This document shows, piece by piece, positions 48,903 to 59,685 of a DNA stretch of 64,000 bases. Source of the stretch: Candidatus Omnitrophota bacterium (GTDB lineage: Bacteria > Omnitrophota > Gorgyraeia > Gygaellales > Profunditerraquicolaceae); NCBI GenBank assembly GCA_023227985.1, contig JALOCB010000003.1:5260-69259 (forward strand), given 5' to 3'. The translations under genes and the position numbers were made by a program. How positions within the stretch are numbered: the first letter of the stretch is position 1; every line of letters starts with the position of its first letter. The notes below the pieces were generated by a model. That model was not told where the DNA came from and searched no databases. It saw nothing but the letters and a program-made list of their open reading frames with translations.

Positions 48903-50825
48903 ATGTCTTTAATTATGCCTCAAAATCCGGCAAGCATGAATAATTACGATGTCATAGTGATCGGCGCAGGGCACGCGGGCATAGAAGCCGCGTTAGCCGG
49001 CGCCAGGCTTGGTTGTAAGACGCTGATGGTCACTTTACGCGCTGATACCATCGGGCATATGAGCTGTAACCCGGCAATAGGCGGGGTGGGGAAAGGACAG
49101 TTGGTCAAAGAGATCGACGCCTTGGGCGGGGAAATGGGACTGGCCGCTGATGCCTGCGCCATGCAATTGCGTATCCTTAACGCCTCTAAAGGGGCGGCAG
49201 TCCAGTCATCCCGCGCCCAGATAGACCGTAAGCTTTATAAAGAATATATGATCCGGGCGGTCAGCGGTCAGGACGGCCTTTTTATTAAGGAGACTGAGGT
49301 ATCCGGGTTAATCATCGAGGGCGGCATGGTAAAAGGGGTGATCACGGATAAAGACGAGCGGATAAGCGCGGAATGCGTGGTTATCGCCTCAGGGACGTTC
49401 CTCGACGGATTGATTCACGTAGGGCTTAACCATTATCCCGGTGGCAGGATAAATGAGCCTGCCTCAGTCAAGCTCTCCGCCCGCCTTAAAGCAGAAGGCC
49501 TCAAACTTTTGCGTTTCAAGACCGGGACCTGCCCCCGGTTGGATAAAAAGAGCATTGATTATTCCAGGCTGATCGTGCAGGAAGGCGATAAGCCGCCCAA
49601 GCCGTTTTCTTTCTCTACCCCGCGAATAAGACAGGAACAAGTCCCCTGCCATATCACTTATACCAATCCCGGGACGCATCAGATCATCCGGGATAATCTG
49701 GATAAATCCCCGCTTTACGCCGGGATAATAAAGTCCACCGGCGTGCGCTATTGCCCGTCTATTGAGGATAAAATAGTCAAGTTCAGCGATAGACAAAGAC
49801 ACCAGGTATTCCTTGAGCCGGAAGGTTATGATACTGATCAGGTCTATCCTAATGGCCTGTCTACCAGTCTTCCGGAAGATATTCAGCTTAAAATGGTGCG
49901 TTCGATCGAAGGGTTAGAACAGGCGCGTATACTTCAGTTTGGCTATGGGATAGAGCATACGGTAGTTGAACCTACCCAGCTTTTTCCGACATTGGAAACT
50001 AAAGCTCTCGGCAATCTTTACCTGGCCGGGCAGATAAACGGGACCACCGGTTATGAAGAGGCCGCTGCCCAGGGGTTGGTCGCCGGGATCAACGCCGCTT
50101 TACGCTGCCAGAAAAGGGACCCTTTTGTACTTGACCGCGCCTCCAGTTATATAGGCGTGTTGATCGACGATCTTACTACAAAAGGGACTAATGAGCCGTA
50201 CCGGATGTTCACTTCCCGGGTAGAATACCGGTTGATCCTGCGCGAGGACAACGCGGACCTTAGGCTGACTCTTTTAGGCTATGATATCGGGCTGGTAAAA
50301 CATGATAAAGCCGCCCAGGTGAAGAAAAAACAGGAATTGATCGCGCAAGGCTTCGCCTATCTGAAAAAGACATCCTTAAAACCGTCGGCGAAACTTGATC
50401 TTCAACTGTCCGGAATGGATACTGCGGGATTAAAGAAAAAGACTGCTCTTGAGGATATCCTTAAGCGTCCGCAGATAGATTTTGCGAAATTGCGTTCGTT
50501 GGACGGGGTGAATATACAGCTCCCAGAATTAGTTTCCCAACAACTGGAAATCGAGGTAAAATATAAAGGATTTATCCAGCGTCAATGCAATGAAGTGGAA
50601 CGTTTCCGCAATCTGGAGAAGATAAGAATACCGGCGGGTATGGATTTCTCGCAGGTTAAAAGCCTTTCCCGGGAGATAAGGGAGAAGCTTGCCAAATTCA
50701 TGCCGATCAACCTGGGGCAGGCGGCGCGGATATCCGGGATCACGCCGGCGGCGATCTCAATGCTAATGGTTTTTTTAAGGAAAAATAATGCCGAGCACAG
50801 CAGAGATAAATTATCGCAGGCTTAA
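48903..50825 (+). CDS. mnmG: tRNA uridine 5-carboxymethylaminomethyl modification enzyme MnmG (GidA).
   Basis: FAD motif DVIVIGAGHAGIEAALAGARLG. Conserved GTTGYEEAAAQG. Length of 640 aa. Confidence 0.9.
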   Translation: MSLIMPQNPASMNNYDVIVIGAGHAGIEAALAGARLGCKTLMVTLRADTIGHMSCNPAIGGVGKGQLVKEIDALGGEMGLAADACAMQLRILNASKGAAVQSSRAQIDRKLYKEYMIRAVSGQDGLFIKETEVSGLIIEGGMVKGVITDKDERISAECVVIASGTFLDGLIHVGLNHYPGGRINEPASVKLSARLKAEGLKLLRFKTGTCPRLDKKSIDYSRLIVQEGDKPPKPFSFSTPRIRQEQVPCHITYTNPGTHQIIRDNLDKSPLYAGIIKSTGVRYCPSIEDKIVKFSDRQRHQVFLEPEGYDTDQVYPNGLSTSLPEDIQLKMVRSIEGLEQARILQFGYGIEHTVVEPTQLFPTLETKALGNLYLAGQINGTTGYEEAAAQGLVAGINAALRCQKRDPFVLDRASSYIGVLIDDLTTKGTNEPYRMFTSRVEYRLILREDNADLRLTLLGYDIGLVKHDKAAQVKKKQELIAQGFAYLKKTSLKPSAKLDLQLSGMDTAGLKKKTALEDILKRPQIDFAKLRSLDGVNIQLPELVSQQLEIEVKYKGFIQRQCNEVERFRNLEKIRIPAGMDFSQVKSLSREIREKLAKFMPINLGQAARISGITPAAISMLMVFLRKNNAEHSRDKLSQA

Positions 50826-51471
50826 AAAGTTATGCCTGGATTCCGGGGCAGGCCTGTTCGGCGTAGCGGACATATCCGGGATAAAAAAAGATTTCCTTCT
50901 TTCCCCGGGAATACTTCCTAAATGCGCCAGCGCGGTCGTTTTAGGCGCCGGGCTTTGCCGCGGGGTATTGGAAGATATAAACGGCGCTCCTACCAGGCTT
51001 TATTTCCACCATTATAAAATAGTTAATTCGTTTCTGGACATGACCGCTTTTAAGCTCGCCGGTTTTATCCAGAAGCAGGGTTATTTCAGTCTTCCCATAC
51101 CCGCCACTCAAATCGTCGACTGGAAAAAACAATCGGCGCATTTGTCGCATAAGAAAATCGGATACCTCGCCGGTATAGGTTGGATCGGCAGGAATAACCT
51201 GCTGGTAAATAAAGAGCTCGGGGCCGCGTTCAGGCTTACCTGCGTGCTTACCGATATGCCCGTCAAAAGAGATAAACCTTCAAAAGAAAACTGCGCGTCA
51301 TGCCGGAGCTGCGTTAATGTCTGCCCGGGCAAGGCCATCGGAGAAAGACCCGAGGATTTCGACCATATGAAATGTTTTGAACAGATGAAGATATTCCAGG
51401 GCCCGCGTCAGGTCGAGCAGTATGTTTGCGGGGTCTGTATAAAGGTCTGCGGGAGAAAAAATGAGGGGTAA
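50788..51471 (+). CDS. QueG-like 4Fe-4S protein (DUF1730-type N-terminus; putative short epoxyqueuosine reductase).
   Basis: Motif CASCRSCVNVCPGKAI. The N-terminal region resembles the QueG DUF1730 domain. Lies next to the tRNA-modification gene mnmG. Overlaps the mnmG end, so the start is uncertain. Confidence 0.4.
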   Translation: MPSTAEINYRRLKKLCLDSGAGLFGVADISGIKKDFLLSPGILPKCASAVVLGAGLCRGVLEDINGAPTRLYFHHYKIVNSFLDMTAFKLAGFIQKQGYFSLPIPATQIVDWKKQSAHLSHKKIGYLAGIGWIGRNNLLVNKELGAAFRLTCVLTDMPVKRDKPSKENCASCRSCVNVCPGKAIGERPEDFDHMKCFEQMKIFQGPRQVEQYVCGVCIKVCGRKNEG

Positions 51472-52318
51472 GTTTTTTGCGTTTGTTTTTTTAACCTTCT
51501 TCACGCTCATAACATTTGGGGCGTATGCCGCTGATGACGAAATTCTGATAGAGGGGCCGGAGAAGATGGCGAAGTTCGCCGAGCCCTGGGTGGAAAAATT
51601 CCGGCAGGATGAGCCCGGGGTTGCCATACGCTTCGCTGTGTGTACGGCGAGAGAAGGTTTTACTGACCTGTCCCTCGGGGAATGCGATATTGTTATAAAC
51701 GTGTCCCGGCCCCAAGATATCTTTAGATGGGAAGAGAGTAAGGTAAATAAAACCGTGGTGGCCGCGGAAGGGGTTGTTTTTGTGGTAAATCCGCAGAATC
51801 CGGTTGATAAGCTTACTATGAGCGAACTCGCAGATATCCTGTCAGGGGAGACGATAAATTGGGAGGATGTGGGCGGAGCATTCGGAGAGATAACCGTGTA
51901 TGGGCCTCCGGCTAATTCCTGGGTAAATGATTTTGTTGAAGAAAGCATTTTGAGCGTTTTTTCGCCTTCCGGCAAGAAAAATATCGCTTACCGGGTGAAT
52001 GATTTTCTTTCGAATGCCGAGATACGCCAACAGGTGGCCGTACAGCCGTTAGCCTTGGGTTATTATCCCGGGACCTATGTCCCCGCCGGACTGAAGATGT
52101 TATCCGTAGCGAGCCCCACTTCCGGAGAATACTTTACCCCGGTCAAAGATAAGATGCTTGATGCGCGTTATCCTGTTCAGCGCCCTGTTTTTTTCTGGAC
52201 CAGCGGGTCAAATCCCGCGGTCAGGATGTTCATCGAACGCGTTCTTTCCAGGGATTATCAGGAGATGCTTTCTGCCTATGGGTTTTATCCGGCGGCGGCG
52301 AATGACAAAAGCGAGTGA
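51461..52318 (+). CDS. PstS-like periplasmic phosphate/anion-binding protein.
   Basis: Signal peptide. The motif LADILSGETINWEDVGG resembles the PstS/PBP superfamily. Confidence 0.5.
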   Translation: MRGKFFAFVFLTFFTLITFGAYAADDEILIEGPEKMAKFAEPWVEKFRQDEPGVAIRFAVCTAREGFTDLSLGECDIVINVSRPQDIFRWEESKVNKTVVAAEGVVFVVNPQNPVDKLTMSELADILSGETINWEDVGGAFGEITVYGPPANSWVNDFVEESILSVFSPSGKKNIAYRVNDFLSNAEIRQQVAVQPLALGYYPGTYVPAGLKMLSVASPTSGEYFTPVKDKMLDARYPVQRPVFFWTSGSNPAVRMFIERVLSRDYQEMLSAYGFYPAAANDKSE

Positions 52319-52341
52319 TCCATTAAAACAGAGGGGTTAAT

Positions 52342-53268
52342 ATGATCAATGAAAGCCTTAAGAATTTGTTTTCAAACATCGAAAAGGTGATCATCGGAAA
52401 ATCCGAGACCATACGCTTATTGATAATCGGGATGCTGACCAACGGACATATCCTGATCGAGGATGTCCCGGGCCTGGGCAAGACCATGCTGTCATTGGCT
52501 TTGGCCAAATCCATCGGCGGAGATTTCAAGAGGATCCAATTCACCCCGGACCTTCTGCCTTCGGATGTAACGGGGGGTTCGATCTACAACCCCAAGACCG
52601 GCGAGTTTGATTTCCGCAAGGGCCCGGTCTTCACCAATATCCTTCTGGCGGATGAAATAAACCGGACCACCCCCAGGACTCAGTCGGCGCTTTTGGAGTG
52701 TATGCAGGAAAGCCGGGTCACTCTTGACGGCCAGACCTTTGTTCTGCCCGCGCCTTTTATGGTCATCGCCACACAGAATCCTATTGAGCATCAGGGCACG
52801 TATTCTTTGCCTGAGGCGCAGGTGGACCGCTTCCTGATGAAGATCGATATGGGTTATCTCAGCACGGCCGAAGAGGTCAAGGTGATCAGCGGCCAGAAGG
52901 TCAAGCATCCTGTCGATGATGTCCTGCCGGCAATGGAACTCGTCGAAGTTCTCAGGCTGCAGGCGGAAGTAAAGAACGTGGATATCTCCGAAAATGTCCT
53001 GGAATATATCGTAAAGCTGGTATCGTCCACCCGCAGGCAGGATGATATAAAATTGGGGGCCAGCCCGCGCGCGTCCATAGCTTTGATGAAAGCGGGTTCC
53101 GCCTGGGCTTTCCTGGAAGGCCGTAATTATGTGGTCCCCGACGACATAGTAAAGCTCCTGCCGTGGGTCTTAAAACACAGGATCGTGCTGCAGCATAAGG
53201 CGCTTATCGCCGGGCATACTGCGGATTCGGTGATAAGCGAGATCATCAAAAGCGTACCAATACCATAG
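52342..53268 (+). CDS. MoxR-family AAA+ ATPase.
   Basis: Motifs HILIEDVPGLGKT and LLADEINR. Confidence 0.9.
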   Translation: MINESLKNLFSNIEKVIIGKSETIRLLIIGMLTNGHILIEDVPGLGKTMLSLALAKSIGGDFKRIQFTPDLLPSDVTGGSIYNPKTGEFDFRKGPVFTNILLADEINRTTPRTQSALLECMQESRVTLDGQTFVLPAPFMVIATQNPIEHQGTYSLPEAQVDRFLMKIDMGYLSTAEEVKVISGQKVKHPVDDVLPAMELVEVLRLQAEVKNVDISENVLEYIVKLVSSTRRQDDIKLGASPRASIALMKAGSAWAFLEGRNYVVPDDIVKLLPWVLKHRIVLQHKALIAGHTADSVISEIIKSVPIP

Positions 53269-53272
53269 TTTT

Positions 53273-54523
53273 ATGTTCAGGAAATGCGCGGTAAAATGGG
53301 GTTTTCTGCTGTTGATCGCGGCCGCTAATTTTATCATCGGCTACAGGACTTCCATAAAATTCTTCTATTTTTTCTTCGGGTTCCTCTTTTGTTTTATCTT
53401 TCTTTCATTATTCTACGCCTTCCTGTCCGCGTTTATAGCCAGAATATCGTTTACGCGTAAAGCCGGCGCTAAAGTAGTTGAAGACGACGCCCTCGAGATT
53501 GAGGTAACGCTTAGCAACAAAACAATATTGCCGTTGTTTAACGTGGTTATGGAAGACGCGCTGCCTTGCGCCGCGCCGGGGGGGAAGGCTGAATTTATCT
53601 TTTTTGACGGCCTTGCCCCAGGCTCCACCCTGGTGATCAAATACAACTGTGCCTGTCCGGACAGGGGCATATATATGTTAGGCCCTTTTAAGGCGTATTT
53701 TTTCGATCCCCTGGGCCTGTTTTTCTTTGAAAAGCGGTATAACGTATATTCCCAGGTCTATGTTTATCCCAGGGTGTTCCCTATATACAAATTCCCGCGT
53801 TTAGCTAAGGGCGTCCAGCCGTGGTTCGGCATAAATACCGCACGTTCTAGCGGGGATGAGGACGAGTTCTTCGGGGTCAGGGAATATAAGGATGGCGATC
53901 CGATAAAACGGATACACTGGCCTTCTACCGCTAAAAAGAACCGGCTGATAGTAAAACAATTCCAGAACCAGAGTTTTCACCGGGCGACGGTCATATTCAA
54001 TCTGGAAAAGGATAAGGACTACGGCCAGGGCAAGGAAAGTATTGCCGAATACACCGTAAGAATAGCCGCTTCGGTATGCAAATATCTTTTTGACAGCAAT
54101 GTATCGATAGAAATGATCGCGCACGCCGGCGAGATCGTCCATATTCCGTTCAACCGGGGTTCGGAACACTTGGATAATATCTTTAAATTCCTGGCTATGG
54201 CCAGGCCGGAAAGCGGGGTGGGGCTGGCCGAGATAATCCCGGAATTCCTGAGTTATATCCCTGACGATACCACATTGATAATTGTAGCTACAGTAGAGGA
54301 CCTGGGTTATATCGCCCAGATGCTTCCTTTGGCCAAAGGCAATATATCGCTTATTCCGCTGGTCTTGATATCATCCACGTTCCTGGAGCCTTCCGGCAAA
54401 CTGGAAAAAGCGGATATCCTCAAAGATATAAATATACACATCCCGGGGTTAGTTAATTTTAATCCGGTGTTCTTTACCTGCGGGGTCTCGCCGCAAGAAA
54501 GCTTCCTGAAGATAAGTCAATGA
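53273..54523 (+). CDS. DUF58 domain protein (vWA-like), MoxR partner.
   Basis: DUF58 signature FFGVREYKDGDPIKRIHWPSTAKKNRLIVKQF. N-terminal TM helices. Confidence 0.8.
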   Translation: MFRKCAVKWGFLLLIAAANFIIGYRTSIKFFYFFFGFLFCFIFLSLFYAFLSAFIARISFTRKAGAKVVEDDALEIEVTLSNKTILPLFNVVMEDALPCAAPGGKAEFIFFDGLAPGSTLVIKYNCACPDRGIYMLGPFKAYFFDPLGLFFFEKRYNVYSQVYVYPRVFPIYKFPRLAKGVQPWFGINTARSSGDEDEFFGVREYKDGDPIKRIHWPSTAKKNRLIVKQFQNQSFHRATVIFNLEKDKDYGQGKESIAEYTVRIAASVCKYLFDSNVSIEMIAHAGEIVHIPFNRGSEHLDNIFKFLAMARPESGVGLAEIIPEFLSYIPDDTTLIIVATVEDLGYIAQMLPLAKGNISLIPLVLISSTFLEPSGKLEKADILKDINIHIPGLVNFNPVFFTCGVSPQESFLKISQ

Positions 54524-57363
54524 AAGAAAAAGACCGTTTTCTGTCAGTTGAAATGTTTATTACCGCCTGCCTTGTGTGCTCTGCCGCTTTTCTGGTAGAG
54601 CGGCAGGTATCGTTTTATTTCCCGCTTTTGATAATAGGCCTTGCTTGCGGTTTGAGCTTCAGTTGGCTGACGCGGAACAAAGCTGTAACTTGGTTGAATA
54701 GCGCGATCGGCGTAAGCGCGGTGATTATTTTATCCTGGCTGGTTTTTTCAGTTTATACTTCTTCTTTTGTTTACCGTGGTGTGGTCGCTTTATGCCTGAA
54801 AGGGATGATCGCGCTGATCATCGTCTTAAGTTTTAACGCCGCCTCGCCAAGGGTGCTTTCCGACATACAGGCATTAAGCCTGCCGTTATTTATGGGCCAC
54901 GCGGTTTGGTTAAGGCAATATTCCGGTGAAGCCGCTTTCGCGGTGCTGGCTTATCTTGTCTTTGGGGCGTTTGTTCTTAAAGTCAAATTCCGGGGTTCAT
55001 TTAAGAACGTTTCCCCGGAGCTCTTTCAGGGCAACCGGTCTTTTTTGATACTTATATCGTTTTTTCTTTGTTCCATCTCCGGCGCCTGGATGATCGCGTC
55101 AAATTGCAAAAAAACTGACCTGAGCGGCGGGGTCCTGCGTGTCGCCGGCGCAGGCGGGTATTCCCCGGCGGAGGAAATGGATAAACAGAATTACGAACTG
55201 CAGGATAAATTGCAAGAGCGGATGCAGCGCTTGATATTGAGATCCGGCTCGGGTGGGGGAAGCCCGGCGGTGTTTTCCGCTTTAAGCGTTTTGTTGAATA
55301 AAGAAAGCGCTGTCCTTGATCTGGATAGGGCTGAACAGTCCCTGGCGGATTTTATCAGGGGAAGCGGGTATATCAAGGGCGATGAGCTGGTTACGCTGGA
55401 AAGCAGTTTGGACAGGAAGATAGCTTATAATAGCGGCAAGATCCGGGATGATATAAACAACAGCCTTAGAAAGAGCCCGTTCAATATTAAGGACAGGATG
55501 AAAATTTTAAGCAGGCTTGACCGGTTTGACAGCCGGGATCCATCCCCTGCGTTTTTTGATCTGGAAGGGGATATCCAGGATGTGATTCAGAGTTCCTCAT
55601 TTGCCTCCGGGCTGAAGAAAGAAATATCGGAATTGGCCTCCTCGCTTAAGGATTGGAAATCCCTGGCGCTTTACCGCGAAAAGAATAAATCGCTAAAGGG
55701 GCGCGTGGAACTGTTGAAAAAAGGATTAAAAGAGGAAATCGCCAAGCTGCTCTGGCAAGTCGGTAAAGCCCGGGAGCCCGCGGATGTCAGGGAAATAGCC
55801 GCGGAGATCGAAAGGCTTAAAAAAGGCCTGTCCGGCGATACTCGGGATATCGTTAATGGGATAAAAGAGTCGCTGGACCTGAAAGCCGGGATGATCATCT
55901 CTGAGGGGTTCCGGGAATCCGGAGAAAAGCTTAAGGCTTTAGGTTTATCCGAAGATGACCAAAGGATCGTTCAAAAGGGCATAGATAATCTTAAGAAAAC
56001 CCGGGATCACCGGGATTTTCTGAAAAAATACGAGGAATTAGAAAGAGTATTAGAGGATAATGATCTGCGGTCCGATGGGTTAATAGGGAAAAGCGTTGAG
56101 GCTTTAAGAGAAAACTTTATCAGAAAGATAAAAAACAGGATCGCTCAGGCGTTGGAAGGGAGCGGGCTGCCTGACAACGGGGAAAAGATCATGAGCTTGG
56201 TGCGGGGAATGGAGTCATCCGGGACAGCGCAGGGATTGGATAATTCCGCCGGTAAGGCCAAAGGCCTGGTTGATGACGCCAAGAGCAAAGGTTTTATTAC
56301 CGAGGAGACAGGGGGCGATATTAAAGGGGGTATTGACGGGATTACCGGGTTGATGAAAGAGCAAAAGGATGTTTCTGCCCAAGGCGGCCAAGATGTGTCT
56401 GAGCCGGAAAGCGCGATCAGAGCACAGACCGATAGTATCGGCTCTAGTCTGGAACAAAGCGGGCTTGCTGACTCCGGCGAAGATATTATGAATTTGGTAA
56501 GGTATATGGCGTCAGCCGGGTCTGAGCAGGATCTTAATGACGCCGCAGATGAAGCCGAAGTCAGGGAAGGGGACGCGGAAAATGGAACATTATCTGATGA
56601 TTATCAGCAAAGTATGCTTTCTGCCATTAAAGGATCGGATCTGGGTGAAGATGAACAAAAGGCTTTAAGCCGTTTAACCGAAGGGTTATTTAAAGCCCAG
56701 ACAATAGCGCAGATGGAAAAGTCGAACGAAGGAGTAAAAGAGCAGGTTAGATCGTTGAGACAAGGCGTTTCCGAAAAAGACTGGCCGGATAAGTTCGCTG
56801 CTGAATTCCAGGAAATCAAGGATATGCTTAAGATGATCAAGATAGGGGAGCGGAATGTCCGGTTAAGGAATACGCTGGAACAATTGAAAAGCATTGATCC
56901 GGATAACGCCGAGGGGTTCGCGGAACAGATGGATAAAATCGTAAAAAGCAAGACCGCGGAAGAGGCGGATGAGGAAATTAAAAAGCTTGAACAAAGTCTG
57001 AAGAACAATCCGGGCTTTCTGTTTAATAAATCTTTTAAAAAAAACGAACCCTCCCCCGGGTTGCGGATCGATCTTCTCCCCCGCCGGGTCGTTATGCCTA
57101 AAGGCGGGTATATTTTTTTGCGGCCTGTCGCGGTTTATGACGGCGTAGATATAAGGGATATAAGCGCTGAAGTGGAATGGGTTTCCCGGGAACCGGTAAT
57201 AGCGCGCGTGGATAAAAGAGGCGCGGTAACCGCTTTAGCCCCCGGCGATACGATGGTCTTCTGCCGGTTTAAAGGTGTCGAAAGTCAAAAGGCCCGGATA
57301 AAAGTTATCGCGGCTATCGGGGAAGATGTTTATAAAACCCTTAAAAGAGAGTTGGAAAAGTGA
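54520..57363 (+). CDS. Large membrane protein with an N-terminal polytopic domain, an acidic repeat-containing region, and a C-terminal Big_2-like domain.
   Basis: Five to six N-terminal TM helices. An internal ~40-aa repeat (EGSGLPDNGEKIMSLVRGMESSGTAQGLDN / EQSGLADSGEDIMNLVRYMASAGSEQDLND). C-terminal VEWVSREPVIARVDKRGAVTALAPGDTMVF is typical of the bacterial Ig-like group 2 domain. Translationally coupled to the DUF58 gene. Confidence 0.55.
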   Translation: MKEKDRFLSVEMFITACLVCSAAFLVERQVSFYFPLLIIGLACGLSFSWLTRNKAVTWLNSAIGVSAVIILSWLVFSVYTSSFVYRGVVALCLKGMIALIIVLSFNAASPRVLSDIQALSLPLFMGHAVWLRQYSGEAAFAVLAYLVFGAFVLKVKFRGSFKNVSPELFQGNRSFLILISFFLCSISGAWMIASNCKKTDLSGGVLRVAGAGGYSPAEEMDKQNYELQDKLQERMQRLILRSGSGGGSPAVFSALSVLLNKESAVLDLDRAEQSLADFIRGSGYIKGDELVTLESSLDRKIAYNSGKIRDDINNSLRKSPFNIKDRMKILSRLDRFDSRDPSPAFFDLEGDIQDVIQSSSFASGLKKEISELASSLKDWKSLALYREKNKSLKGRVELLKKGLKEEIAKLLWQVGKAREPADVREIAAEIERLKKGLSGDTRDIVNGIKESLDLKAGMIISEGFRESGEKLKALGLSEDDQRIVQKGIDNLKKTRDHRDFLKKYEELERVLEDNDLRSDGLIGKSVEALRENFIRKIKNRIAQALEGSGLPDNGEKIMSLVRGMESSGTAQGLDNSAGKAKGLVDDAKSKGFITEETGGDIKGGIDGITGLMKEQKDVSAQGGQDVSEPESAIRAQTDSIGSSLEQSGLADSGEDIMNLVRYMASAGSEQDLNDAADEAEVREGDAENGTLSDDYQQSMLSAIKGSDLGEDEQKALSRLTEGLFKAQTIAQMEKSNEGVKEQVRSLRQGVSEKDWPDKFAAEFQEIKDMLKMIKIGERNVRLRNTLEQLKSIDPDNAEGFAEQMDKIVKSKTAEEADEEIKKLEQSLKNNPGFLFNKSFKKNEPSPGLRIDLLPRRVVMPKGGYIFLRPVAVYDGVDIRDISAEVEWVSREPVIARVDKRGAVTALAPGDTMVFCRFKGVESQKARIKVIAAIGEDVYKTLKRELEK

Positions 57364-59600
57364 AACGGGCAAGCGTGAAATACAGGATGGATCTTGTCGC
57401 TCTGGCGTTATTTTGCTGCATATGGTTTTTTGCTTATTGCCAGTCGGCAGAAGCCGGGGAAATCCAGACTTCAAAGGGCAAAGTCATCACCGGCATCGAT
57501 ACGGATGAGGCACTCAAGAAATACGGCATGCCTGATTCTATCCGCGATGATTTTTGGTATTATTCTCCCCCGCGGGAATTTTTTATTTATTTCCCGGGCA
57601 AGACTGAGCAGGTTTATCTTTATCCGCAGGCCTGCAAATCCCCTCCGGGAGAAGCGATAGCGTTCCGGGTATTTGCCGGTACCCCGGAATCCGGGATAAC
57701 CGATGTTAGCGCGGATTCGAAAATACTGGTTAGTGACCCTAAGGCCTGCAAGGTCACTGGGCGAAACGTTGTTATCCCGCGATATACCGGCGAGTATCAG
57801 GTTTTTGCCGGGTATAATGGGAGATTGAGCGGCCCGGCTTATCTTAGCTGCAAAGAAGTAGAGCGGCAAGAAGGCAAAAAGGTAATTATAAATGTCCTGC
57901 CGTATAAAGCGCGAGTCCCTATGGGCAGAGTTACCGAATTTACGGCATTAGGGGTTTTTCCTCTTGAAGGATATACGGTAAAGGATATCAGCGCCAAGGC
58001 CAAATGGTTTATCCGTCAAGACACTAATGTTATGCCTTGCCGGAATAATACACTTTCTTTTTCTTCCGCGGGCAAGTTCGATGTTTTCTGTGAATACGCG
58101 GATGAGCAAAGTCCGGTTCAGCCTGTCTATGCCAGGAAAAGCCGCGATAATCCGCCGCATATTCTGAGGAATATACTTCTTTTACCTGAATCAGTCAAGC
58201 TTAAAGTAAAACAAACGGTGTTTCTGAAAGCCTTCGGGACATACTATGATAATAAAGTGGTTGATATCACCGCGGATGTGCGCTGGTTGATTTCCGATAA
58301 AAAAATAGGGAATATACTGCAAAACGGTGTCTTTTACGCCCGGACCCCGGGAAGCACCGAGATAACCGCCAGTTTTGCCGGCCGCCTGAAGAGTTTGCCT
58401 ATAAGAATATCCGTTAGAGAATCCGTTGATCCCGAGAGAAATAGGACCAAGTCTGATAAGCCGCCGGAGAAAGACCCCGACGAGGATAAAAATAAAGATA
58501 ATGATAATGAAACGCCCCTGAACCGGCCCGGCCAGGAGGATGCCGATGACCCGGTCCGGCAAACTCAGAACGATGGCAATCGGATGAATGGCAAGGCGTT
58601 AAAAAAACAGGTTAAATTGGTCCGGATAAAGATATCCCCCGGGGATCTTAAAGTGCCTTCCGGCAAAGAAGCCGGATTAAAGGCTGTCGCTATATACAGT
58701 GACGGAAGGGAAAAAGATATTACTTCGGTTGGTGATTGGGCGGCGCGTGATGAAAACATCGCTGTTGTTGCCCAGGGCAGACTTTCCGGATTGTCCGCCG
58801 GAAAAACTAATGTCAGCGTGAAGATGCGGGGAGTGGAAAGCGAGCCTGTGCCGGTCACGGTTACGGGCCCGGACCTGCTTTCTATAATAGTTGCTCCGCA
58901 GAAAGCTAAATTATCCCGCCTTGACCGGATGCGATTAAAAGCGCAAGGTTATTATTCGGATTTTTCGTTTAAGGATATAACTTTACAAGCGGCTTGGCCG
59001 GTCACCGGACGGCGGATATTGAAAGTCGAGAAGTCCGTGATCATTCCTTTGGGATTCGGTAAAACTGTGATCAACGCCGAATATGCCGGGGTAAGATCGC
59101 TTCCGGTGAGCGTTGAGATAGTTTTTACCTGGGCCTGGTTTTGGCGGGTATGCCGCATGATTCTGGCGCAACTTGTTTTGGTTTTATTTTTATTGTTTCT
59201 CATATTTTATCTGATGATCAAACACAAGGCTAAAAAGATCCTCGGGCTCAAGGACAATCCCCGGGGATTTATCAGCGCGGCCTACAATAATTTGAAGCGG
59301 GTTATGGGTATATTTGGTTTTCAGGACCGGCCAGGCCAGGCGCCATTGACCTTTGCCAGGCTGGCCGAAGAAAAATTCCGCATAAAAGGCCGGGTATTTA
59401 TCAGCTTGACCGAGAAATTGGAGGAAGCCTTGTATAGCCGAAATTCGCTTAGCTTTGAAGACGTTAATTCAGCCAATTTGTATTATGAACTGGCATTGAA
59501 AGATATATCGGCTAATTATGGAAAGGTTTCCCTGGCGCTTAAATACCTGCGGGCTTTGGTAAAAATGACCCCTTTCGCATTGAAAACGACAAAATATTGA
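57360..59600 (+). CDS. Multi-Big_2 domain protein with a C-terminal TM anchor and a DUF4129-like tail.
   Basis: Signal peptide. Several Big_2-like segments, for example ARTPGSTEITASFAG and KTNVSVKMRGVES. A TM helix at LAQLVLVLFLLFLIFYLMI. Last gene of the MoxR operon. Confidence 0.5.
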   Translation: MKRASVKYRMDLVALALFCCIWFFAYCQSAEAGEIQTSKGKVITGIDTDEALKKYGMPDSIRDDFWYYSPPREFFIYFPGKTEQVYLYPQACKSPPGEAIAFRVFAGTPESGITDVSADSKILVSDPKACKVTGRNVVIPRYTGEYQVFAGYNGRLSGPAYLSCKEVERQEGKKVIINVLPYKARVPMGRVTEFTALGVFPLEGYTVKDISAKAKWFIRQDTNVMPCRNNTLSFSSAGKFDVFCEYADEQSPVQPVYARKSRDNPPHILRNILLLPESVKLKVKQTVFLKAFGTYYDNKVVDITADVRWLISDKKIGNILQNGVFYARTPGSTEITASFAGRLKSLPIRISVRESVDPERNRTKSDKPPEKDPDEDKNKDNDNETPLNRPGQEDADDPVRQTQNDGNRMNGKALKKQVKLVRIKISPGDLKVPSGKEAGLKAVAIYSDGREKDITSVGDWAARDENIAVVAQGRLSGLSAGKTNVSVKMRGVESEPVPVTVTGPDLLSIIVAPQKAKLSRLDRMRLKAQGYYSDFSFKDITLQAAWPVTGRRILKVEKSVIIPLGFGKTVINAEYAGVRSLPVSVEIVFTWAWFWRVCRMILAQLVLVLFLLFLIFYLMIKHKAKKILGLKDNPRGFISAAYNNLKRVMGIFGFQDRPGQAPLTFARLAEEKFRIKGRVFISLTEKLEEALYSRNSLSFEDVNSANLYYELALKDISANYGKVSLALKYLRALVKMTPFALKTTKY

Positions 59601-59685
59601 TTTTACCTGGTTTAAATGGTATAATCCATCAATATTAAGTAATCTTAAGCAAGACAGCGTTATTTCAGTTGAGGTGCGATAAAAT

